The notes under the pieces were generated by a model that saw only the letters and a program-made list of their open reading frames with translations, did not search any database and was not told the origin of the DNA. DNA of 64,000 nucleotides from a candidate division WOR-3 bacterium (GTDB lineage: Bacteria > Hydrothermota > Tepidihabitantia > Tepidihabitantales > DTDR01): NCBI GenBank assembly GCA_025060715.1, contig JANXBG010000003.1:412-64411 (forward strand), read 5' to 3'. Positions 54,167-60,955 of the stretch are shown piece after piece. Positions within the stretch are counted from its first letter, which is position 1. Each line of letters starts with the position of its first letter. The translations under genes were made by a program, and so were the position numbers.

Positions 54167-55497
54167 TTAAGAAGGTGTTGATTGCCAATCGGGGTGAGAT
54201 TGCGGTTAGAATAATTCGGGCTTGTAAAGAATTGGGATTAAAAACAGTGATTGTTTATTCTGAGGCAGATAAAGAAAGTTTGGGAGTGAAGTTAGCAGAT
54301 GAGAAGGTTTGTATTGGTAAAGGACCTTCTCAGGAGAGTTATCTTCTTGCCTCGCGAATTCTTTCTACTTGTGAGATAACTAATGCGGATGCTATTCATC
54401 CTGGCTATGGATTTTTATCAGAATCAGCAGATTTTGCTGATGCCTGTGAAGAGATGAAGATAATTTTTATTGGTCCAAGGGCAGAGACTATTAGGCTTTT
54501 TGGTGATAAGATAGAAGCCAAAAAGATGGCAAAAAAATACGGCTTAAAAACAATTCCTGGCTCAGAAGGGGAAGTGGAAAATGAAAAAGAAGCAATAAGG
54601 ATTGCTAATCAAATTGGCTATCCAATTCTTTTGAAAGCAGCTGCTGGAGGTGGTGGCAAAGGGATAAAATTAATAAAAAGTGAAGAAGAATTGATAATCA
54701 ATTTTGGAGTAGCAAAAATGGAGGCGAAAAATGCCTTTTTGGATGATAGAGTGTATATTGAGAAATACTTAAACCCAATAAGACATATTGAATTTCAAAT
54801 TTTAGGTGATGGTAATGGGAATGTATTAGTCTTTCCACCAAGGGATTGTACTATTCAATTTCGCCATCAGAAGATAATTGAGAAGAGTCCAGTAGTTAAT
54901 ATTCCGGTAGAAAAAATTAGGGAAGTTCAAGAAAAGATATTAAAATTATGCTCGGAGATAAAATATCGGAGTGCTGGAACGATAGAGTTTCTTTATTACG
55001 ATGATTTTTATTTTATGGAAGTAAATACCCGAATACAGGTGGAACACCCAGTAACCGAAATGATTACTGGAGTAGATTTAGTGAAGGAACAGATAGAGAT
55101 TGCTCAAGGCAAAAGTTTAACTTCAGGAATTATTGATGGTAATGGTTTTGCCATTGAAGCCCGACTGAACGCCTGTGATCCAGAAAATAACTTTCTTCCT
55201 TCCCCAGGCAAAATCGAAAAACTTTATTTACCCTCTTATCCTTTTGTCCGTATTGACACCCATATATATGAAAATTATGTTATTCCTCCTTATTATGATT
55301 CTCTTTTGGCAAAATTTATTGCCTGGGGCAGAGATCGGGAAGAGGCAAGGATTAGATTAGGTAATGTTTTAAGAGAAACAAAAATTGATGGAATAAAAAC
55401 TAATAAAGATTTTTTAGTTAAAATCTTGGAGGACGAAAGTTTTTTAAAGGGAGAATATTACAAGATTACTGAGAGGTTAAAAGAGGGAAGTTTCTAA
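54163..55497 (+). CDS. accC: biotin carboxylase (AccC / PycA type)
   Basis: The N-terminus is KKVLIANRGEIAVRIIRA. It has an ATP-grasp segment (GYPILLKAAAGGGGKGIKL) and EMNTRIQVEHPVTE-type VNTRIQVEHPVTEMITGVDL. Its start overlaps the efp stop (ATGA). Confidence 0.9.
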   Translation: MIKKVLIANRGEIAVRIIRACKELGLKTVIVYSEADKESLGVKLADEKVCIGKGPSQESYLLASRILSTCEITNADAIHPGYGFLSESADFADACEEMKIIFIGPRAETIRLFGDKIEAKKMAKKYGLKTIPGSEGEVENEKEAIRIANQIGYPILLKAAAGGGGKGIKLIKSEEELIINFGVAKMEAKNAFLDDRVYIEKYLNPIRHIEFQILGDGNGNVLVFPPRDCTIQFRHQKIIEKSPVVNIPVEKIREVQEKILKLCSEIKYRSAGTIEFLYYDDFYFMEVNTRIQVEHPVTEMITGVDLVKEQIEIAQGKSLTSGIIDGNGFAIEARLNACDPENNFLPSPGKIEKLYLPSYPFVRIDTHIYENYVIPPYYDSLLAKFIAWGRDREEARIRLGNVLRETKIDGIKTNKDFLVKILEDESFLKGEYYKITERLKEGSF

Positions 55498-55498
55498 T

Positions 55499-56134
55499 AT
55501 GGAATTTAACAAAAAATTAAAATGGGGAAGATTAGTGTGGTGTCTATTTTTATTTATCTACTTTTTCCATTTCTTTAAAAATCTCTTTCTTTCTTCTCTT
55601 TCTCAAAATTTTTTAATTCCTATAATTTTTTTTATTACCCTTTCCTATTGGATGATTATTGAATATTATTTTTCTTCCCCTTTTTTTCAATCTGGGATAG
55701 TGGAGTATCATCAAGGATTAAGGATTATTTACTCTCTTTATTTCTATCCCTTTTTAATTTTTAATGGTGTTGATTATTGTTATTCCTCTTTTTCGCAAAT
55801 AGAATTTTTAAAACCAGGGATAAATATTTTTGGATTGATTATTTTTTTTATTGGTACTTTTTTAAGAATTATTACTCTTTTTATTGCCTTAATAAGTTCT
55901 TTAAAAGAGTTGCCAAAAAGAATAATTTATAGAAAAATTAGTCAACCGAGATACTTAGCAACTCTGATACAACTGATAAGTATTCCCTTTACTTTTTCTT
56001 CTTTTTTGGGTTTTCTTTTATTACCCTTAGGGATTTTGATAATTATTTATGAGGCAAAATATGAGAATAAAATATTGATAAAATATTATAATAAAGAGTC
56101 AAGGATTTTCTTATTAATTCCCAAATTAATTTAA
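55499..56134 (+). CDS. polytopic membrane protein, weak ICMT/PEMT-like resemblance
   Basis: 211 aa with 5-6 TM segments. The C-terminal part (ISQPRYLATLIQLISIPF...) only loosely recalls the RHP.Y..... motif of isoprenylcysteine carboxyl methyltransferase-like proteins. Confidence 0.3.
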   Translation: MEFNKKLKWGRLVWCLFLFIYFFHFFKNLFLSSLSQNFLIPIIFFITLSYWMIIEYYFSSPFFQSGIVEYHQGLRIIYSLYFYPFLIFNGVDYCYSSFSQIEFLKPGINIFGLIIFFIGTFLRIITLFIALISSLKELPKRIIYRKISQPRYLATLIQLISIPFTFSSFLGFLLLPLGILIIIYEAKYENKILIKYYNKESRIFLLIPKLI

Positions 56135-56295
56135 AATTGGTAATAACAATAGGGACATTCTTTTGCGGAAAGAGGAATAAACCTATCACAATAGGGACAC
56201 TTTTTAAATTCAATTTGGCAAATTTTACAAAAGATATTTTCTTTGGCTAATTCTTGATTACAGAAAGGGCAATGGCAATTATTCTCCTCTTTCAT
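56131..56295 (-). CDS. 54-aa double zinc-ribbon protein (below the ORF-track cutoff)
   Basis: It reads MKEENNCHCPFCNQELAKENIFCKICQIEFKKCPYCDRFIPLSAKECPYCYYQF, with four CxxC pairs. Its ATG lies inside the last codons of iscU (17-nt overlap). Confidence 0.45.
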   Translation of the reverse strand: MKEENNCHCPFCNQELAKENIFCKICQIEFKKCPYCDRFIPLSAKECPYCYYQF

Positions 56296-56665
56296 TTTTT
56301 CCCTTCTTTTTTAAATAATTTTCAATTGCTTTATGTAAGGCATCGGCACCTAGATTAGAGCAGTGCATTTTATGAGGTGGTAAGCCACCGAGTTCTTTGG
56401 CAACCATTTCGTTTGTTATTTTTAATGCTTCTTCAATTTTTTTGCCCTTTGCCATCTCGGAAACCATACTGGCGACAGCAATCGCGGCACCACAACCAAA
56501 GGTTTTATATTTCACATCTACTAAAATTCCATCTCTTACTTTAATATAAAAAGTCATCATATCTCCACAGACCGGATTACCTACTTCCCCAATACCATCA
56601 GCATCAGGGATTTCCCCAACATTCCTAGGATTTAAAAAATGCTCCATTACTTTTTCCGAATACAT
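56279..56665 (-). CDS. iscU: Fe-S cluster assembly scaffold IscU/NifU-like
   Basis: It has YSEKVMEHFLNPRNVG, GNPVCGDMM, FGCGAAIAVASM and LPPHKMHCSNLGADAL. The start is set at M13 (ATG 56665), which lies 7 nt after a -10 hexamer. Confidence 0.85.
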   Translation of the reverse strand: MYSEKVMEHFLNPRNVGEIPDADGIGEVGNPVCGDMMTFYIKVRDGILVDVKYKTFGCGAAIAVASMVSEMAKGKKIEEALKITNEMVAKELGGLPPHKMHCSNLGADALHKAIENYLKKKGKNERGE

Positions 56666-56672
56666 CAAAATT

Positions 56673-56701
56673 ATTATAATAAATAATTTTGTAAAAATCA
56701 A
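56673..56701 (-). promoter_or_regulatory. sigma70-type promoter, leaderless type, of iscU
   Basis: On the minus strand: TTGATT (56701-56696), 17 nt, TATAAT (56678-56673), 7 nt, then ATG at 56665. Confidence 0.5.
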
Positions 56702-56710
56702 ATGAAATAA

Positions 56711-56855
56711 ACTATATTATATACTATATCGTCCCCTTCTTTATAGAAAATAAAATCCCTTTGTTTTATAAAAAACCTCCCTTTAAAATTCCTTTCTTAG
56801 TACTACTACTGGGAGATTAATCTTTGATAATATATAACAAAAAATAACCCTAAAG
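56711..56855 (-). repeat. intergenic repeat family, copy C (short form)
   Basis: The reverse complement of 56711-56766 is AAACAAAGGGATTTTATTTTCTATAAAGAAGGGGACGATATAGTATATAATATAGT. This matches copy A 45391-45444 at roughly 45 of 55 positions by eye. The upstream blocks CTTTAGGGTTATTTTTTGTTATATAT and ACTAAGAAAGGAATTTTAAAGGGAGG also match A and B. It lacks the 26-nt AATTCTTTTAGATATTTTCTTAATGC block. Confidence 0.65.
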
Positions 56856-56890
56856 ATCATTACTTTTTTTATTCAAATATTTTAAATTTA

Positions 56891-56919
56891 TTGACTAATA
56901 GATAAAATTTTGTTATTAT
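56891..56919 (+). promoter_or_regulatory. sigma70-type promoter, leaderless type, of rpsP
   Basis: TTGACT (56891-56896), 17 nt, TATTAT (56914-56919), 6 nt, then ATG at 56926. No SD. Confidence 0.5.
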
Positions 56920-56925
56920 TATTTA

Positions 56926-57198
56926 ATGGTTAGGATAAGATTAACAAGAATGGGGAGAAAAGGCATTCCCCATTATAGAATTGTAGTTACAGATTCAAGA
57001 AATCCCCGAGACGGTAAATATATTGAGTGTGTTGGTTATTATAACCCAGAAAGAGAACTTTTAAAAATTAATAAAGAAAGAGTTTCCTACTGGCTCTCGT
57101 GTGGAGCCCAACCTACTGAGATAGTAAAACGTTTGCTATCAAGAGTAGAAAAAAACTTAAACCAATCTTTAAAAGGAGGTAACTATGATGTCCCTTAA
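56926..57198 (+). CDS. rpsP: 30S ribosomal protein S16
   Basis: The sequence is [41 protein letters not shown]. Confidence 0.95.
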   Translation: MVRIRLTRMGRKGIPHYRIVVTDSRNPRDGKYIECVGYYNPERELLKINKERVSYWLSCGAQPTEIVKRLLSRVEKNLNQSLKGGNYDVP

Positions 57199-57424
57199 AG
57201 AACTTCTTGAAAACATAACAAAAGCAATTGTTGATAATCCCGACCAAGTGCAACTTAAAGAGATCGCTGGTGAAAGAACTGTTCTTTTTGAACTTCGTGT
57301 TGGTCAGGGCGATTTAGGAAAAATTATTGGTAAAGAAGGAAGAACAGCAAAAGCCCTGAGACAACTTTTAGCAGCTGCAGCAATGAAACAAGGAAAGAGA
57401 GCCCAGTTGGAAATTCTTGAATAA
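57185..57424 (+). CDS. KH-domain RNA-binding protein (YlqC/UPF0109 family)
   Basis: 79 aa with a [23 protein letters not shown] motif. It occupies the conserved position after rpsP. Confidence 0.8.
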   Translation: MMSLKELLENITKAIVDNPDQVQLKEIAGERTVLFELRVGQGDLGKIIGKEGRTAKALRQLLAAAAMKQGKRAQLEILE

Positions 57425-57465
57425 CCACATTCTTAATATATTTACCGTCTCGGGGAGGTACCAAT

Positions 57466-58203
57466 GTGAAAGTTCATATAATTACAATCTTTCCTGAATA
57501 TTTCCAAGGTATAATCAACACAGGAATAATAAAAATTGCACAAAAAAAAGGATTTTTAGATTTGAAAATTTTAAATTTGAGAGATTTTACTTCTGACCCT
57601 TATCGGCAAGTAGATGATTATCCTTATGGTGGTGGTCCAGGGATGGTTATGAAACCTGAGCCAATTTTTAAGGCGGTTAATTCTGTAAGAGAGAAAGATT
57701 CTAAAGTAATCTTACTTTCACCCCAAGGAAAGGTTTTTAATCAAAAAATGGCTTTTGAATTATCTAAACTACCCCATTTAATATTTATCTGCGGACGTTA
57801 TAAAGGTGTTGATGGTAGAGTAAGAGAATACCTTGTTGATATGGAAATCTCTATTGGCGATTATATTCTTTCCGGTGGAGAAGCAGCCTGTGCAGTAATA
57901 TTGGAAGCAGTGGTAAGATTGATTGAAGGAGTAGTGGGTGATTATGAATCTGTTGAAACAGATTCTTTTGTTTCTGGTTTATTAGACGCTACTTATTATA
58001 CCCGACCACAAGAGTTTATGGGTTATAAAGTGCCTGAAATTTTGCTTTCGGGTAATCATGAGTTAATTAGAAAATGGAAAAGAAAATCTGCTCTTTTAAA
58101 TACTTTGAAAAATCGCCCCGATTTATTAAAAACTGTTTCTTTAACCGAAGAAGATAAAGAATTATTAAAAGAAATTGAAGAAGAATTAAAAAAAGAAAAA
58201 TGA
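57466..58203 (+). CDS. trmD: tRNA (guanine37-N1)-methyltransferase (GTG start)
   Basis: It has IITIFPEYF, DDYPYGGGPGMVMKPEP, LSPQG, CGRYKGVDGRV, SIGDYILSGGE and YTRPQEF. Confidence 0.95.
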   Translation: MKVHIITIFPEYFQGIINTGIIKIAQKKGFLDLKILNLRDFTSDPYRQVDDYPYGGGPGMVMKPEPIFKAVNSVREKDSKVILLSPQGKVFNQKMAFELSKLPHLIFICGRYKGVDGRVREYLVDMEISIGDYILSGGEAACAVILEAVVRLIEGVVGDYESVETDSFVSGLLDATYYTRPQEFMGYKVPEILLSGNHELIRKWKRKSALLNTLKNRPDLLKTVSLTEEDKELLKEIEEELKKEK

Positions 58204-59528
58204 AAAAGTATTTTATCAAAACCTATGGCTGCCAAATGAATCAGGCAGATAGTTTGGTAGTAAGTAGAATTTTGGATGAGGCCGGTTTTAAAAATGTGAA
58301 AAATCTAAAAGAAGCCGATGTGATTTTAATTTTAACTTGTGCAGTAAGAGAACATGCTGAAAGAAGGGCTTTAGGACAGATTTTCTCTTTAAGTTCTTTA
58401 AAGAAAAAAAAGAGATGTCTAATTGGAATATTGGGATGTATGGCAAGGACTTTAAAAGAGAGATTAATTGATGGTTGCCTAAAAGAAGGACTTTTTGACT
58501 TTCTTTTAGGTCCTGATGCCTATCGGAGATTGCCAGAAATAATCGAAAACAAATTTAAAAATTATGAAGATAGACCAATTGCTATTATTGAAGAAGAAAA
58601 GGAAACTTATTCTGATATTTTGCCTCAAATTAATTATGAAGGAATAGAAGGTTTTGTTACAATTATGCGCGGTTGCGATAATTTCTGTTCCTATTGTATC
58701 GTTCCTTATGTTCGAGGAAGAGAAAGGTCAAGGCCCATTTCTTCTATTATTAAAGAGATTGATTTTTTATTATCAAAAGGAAAAAAATTAATAACCCTTT
58801 TGGGACAAAATGTTTTTGGTTATAAAAATATAGAAAATGGAAGAATATTAAATTTTGCCGATTTATTAACAAATATTTTTGAAAAATTTTCCAATTTAAA
58901 ATACCTCCATTTTTTAACTTCCCATCCAAAGGATTTATCTTTTGAATTGATTGAAAAAATTAGCAAATTGATGAAAGAAGGTAAATTGTTTAAAGAGCTT
59001 CATTTACCCCTTCAATCAGGTTCAAACCGAATTTTAAAATTAATGAACCGGAAATATACCCGAGAAGAGTATTATGAAAAGGTTAAATATTTAAAAGAAC
59101 TTATTCCTGAGATAAGCATAACTACCGATTTGATTGTTGGTTTTCCTACCGAAACCGAAGAGGATTATGAAGCAACCTTAGAGATGGTAAGAAAAATTGA
59201 ATTTGATTTTGCCTATATGTTTAAATACTCCGAAAGACCTTATACCAAAGCACGAGAAATTTTTCCAAAAGTAGAAGAAGAAGTTAAACAAGAAAGATTA
59301 GAAAAATTGATCAGTTTACAAAATGACATCACTAAAAGAAAAAATGAAGAAATGATAAATAAAAGTTATCCCATTATTATTATTAAAGTTCAAAATAAGG
59401 AATCTTTGGGAAGATTACCAAATAATAAATTGGCGGTAGTGAAAGAAGAATTAGAAGTTGGTAAAGAATATATAATAAAAATAATAAAAATTGATGGTTG
59501 GACTCCGATTGGTGAAATTATTAAATAA
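58200..59528 (+). CDS. miaB: tRNA-i6A37 methylthiotransferase MiaB-type radical SAM enzyme
   Basis: It has the UPF0004 N-domain (YFIKTYGCQMNQADS...LTCAVREHAE...GCMA), a radical SAM motif (RGCDNFCSYCIVPYVRG) and a TRAM-like C-terminus. Confidence 0.9.
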   Translation: MKKYFIKTYGCQMNQADSLVVSRILDEAGFKNVKNLKEADVILILTCAVREHAERRALGQIFSLSSLKKKKRCLIGILGCMARTLKERLIDGCLKEGLFDFLLGPDAYRRLPEIIENKFKNYEDRPIAIIEEEKETYSDILPQINYEGIEGFVTIMRGCDNFCSYCIVPYVRGRERSRPISSIIKEIDFLLSKGKKLITLLGQNVFGYKNIENGRILNFADLLTNIFEKFSNLKYLHFLTSHPKDLSFELIEKISKLMKEGKLFKELHLPLQSGSNRILKLMNRKYTREEYYEKVKYLKELIPEISITTDLIVGFPTETEEDYEATLEMVRKIEFDFAYMFKYSERPYTKAREIFPKVEEEVKQERLEKLISLQNDITKRKNEEMINKSYPIIIIKVQNKESLGRLPNNKLAVVKEELEVGKEYIIKIIKIDGWTPIGEIIK

Positions 59529-59555
59529 ATTATTTAAAGTGAATAAGGAGGGTTT

Positions 59556-59861
59556 ATGAATATTTTAAGGATTATTTTGGTTTTTTTTATTTGTTTTCTA
59601 TTGATTACTATTACTTTACAAAATTTGGGACGGGTAGAAAGGGTAAAATTATTTTTTGATGAATTTTATAATGTCCCCTTGGCAAGCATTATTCTTATTG
59701 CTTATCTTTTCGGATTATTAACAGTAGGAATTTTTGCCCTTATTGGCGAAATAAGAGTAAAAAGTGAAATAAGAAAATTGAAAAAGGAAAAGGAAGCTTT
59801 GCTTGCCGAATTAAGCGATTTAAGAAATTATTTTTTAATTGAAAAAGGAGAAGAGAAATGA
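59556..59861 (+). CDS. LapA-like (DUF1049) inner-membrane protein
   Basis: 101 aa with two TM helices, then a coiled-coil tail (KLKKEKEALLAELSDLRN). AAGGAGGG lies upstream, and it directly precedes a LapB-like gene. Confidence 0.5.
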   Translation: MNILRIILVFFICFLLITITLQNLGRVERVKLFFDEFYNVPLASIILIAYLFGLLTVGIFALIGEIRVKSEIRKLKKEKEALLAELSDLRNYFLIEKGEEK

Positions 59862-60955
59862 CGATTTTGATAATTTTTATAATCTTTGTTCTTTTTGTTG
59901 CTTTTTATTCAATAATTATTAATCTAATTAAAAAACCAAAATTTTTCCCTCTTCTTTTTACAGAGAGTTTAATTTCTTATATAACGGGGAAAAAAGAAGA
60001 AGCAATAAAAAAAATGGAGGAGTTAGTAAAAAGTAATAGTGAATTTATTGACGGCTATCTTTATTTAGTTAACTGGTATCAAGAAAGAGGAGAAAAGGAA
60101 AAGGCAAAAAGGATTACCGAATTATTATCCTTACGTCGGAATTTACCGAAAGATAAAGAATTAATTATTTTCAAAAAGCTCTCCCATTTTTTAGCAGAGG
60201 ATGGCAGATATTTTAAGGCAATTAGTCTTTTAGAGGAAATAATAAAAAGCGGTTTTAAAGATAAAGAGAGTGGTTTGTTTCTTTTTACTTTATATTTAAA
60301 AACTGAAAACTATTCTCAAGCCAGGGATTTTTTAAATAAGTACGGAAAAGACTTGTTTAACAACGAGCAATTGGCTACTTATTATGCCGAATTGGGAAAT
60401 CGTTTATTAAAAAATGATAAAAAAGAAGGAAAAGAATATTTAGAAAAATCCTTAAAATATAATGAAAAATCTTTTTACAGTTTATTTTATTTAGGAAAAT
60501 ATTATGAAGAAGAAAAAGAATATGAAAAAGCAATTTCCTATTGGTTAAAAATCTTAAATTATTATCCCCATAAACTTTCTTTTCTTAAAGAAAAATTGGC
60601 TAATGCTCTATTCTCTTTAGGTCGTTATGATGAATTAGTAAACATTTATAAAGAATTGGGCAGAAAAACAAAGGAGAAAGAGTATTATTTTGAGATTTTT
60701 GAATTTTATGAAAAAATGGAAAATTTAAAAGAGGCGATTAATATTTTAGAAAAAGAAAAAGATAGTATACCCGAAATTTATCTTCTTTTAACCAAGGGTT
60801 ATTTAAAATTGAATGAGTGGGAAAAGGCTTATAGAAGTCTTGATAATTATATAGAAGCCCTTAAGGAGACAAAAAAACTTAACTGTCCTTATTGCCAAAA
60901 AGAACTGGGAGAGATAAGTGCGGTTTGTTTTGAATGTTGGCAATGGAATGTCTAA
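59858..60955 (+). CDS. LapB/YciM-like TPR protein with a C-terminal rubredoxin-type zinc motif
   Basis: It has an N-terminal TM helix, multiple TPR-like repeats, and a C-terminal CPYCQKELGEISAVCFECWQW (CxxC...CxxC), as in LapB. Confidence 0.55.
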   Translation: MTILIIFIIFVLFVAFYSIIINLIKKPKFFPLLFTESLISYITGKKEEAIKKMEELVKSNSEFIDGYLYLVNWYQERGEKEKAKRITELLSLRRNLPKDKELIIFKKLSHFLAEDGRYFKAISLLEEIIKSGFKDKESGLFLFTLYLKTENYSQARDFLNKYGKDLFNNEQLATYYAELGNRLLKNDKKEGKEYLEKSLKYNEKSFYSLFYLGKYYEEEKEYEKAISYWLKILNYYPHKLSFLKEKLANALFSLGRYDELVNIYKELGRKTKEKEYYFEIFEFYEKMENLKEAINILEKEKDSIPEIYLLLTKGYLKLNEWEKAYRSLDNYIEALKETKKLNCPYCQKELGEISAVCFECWQWNV

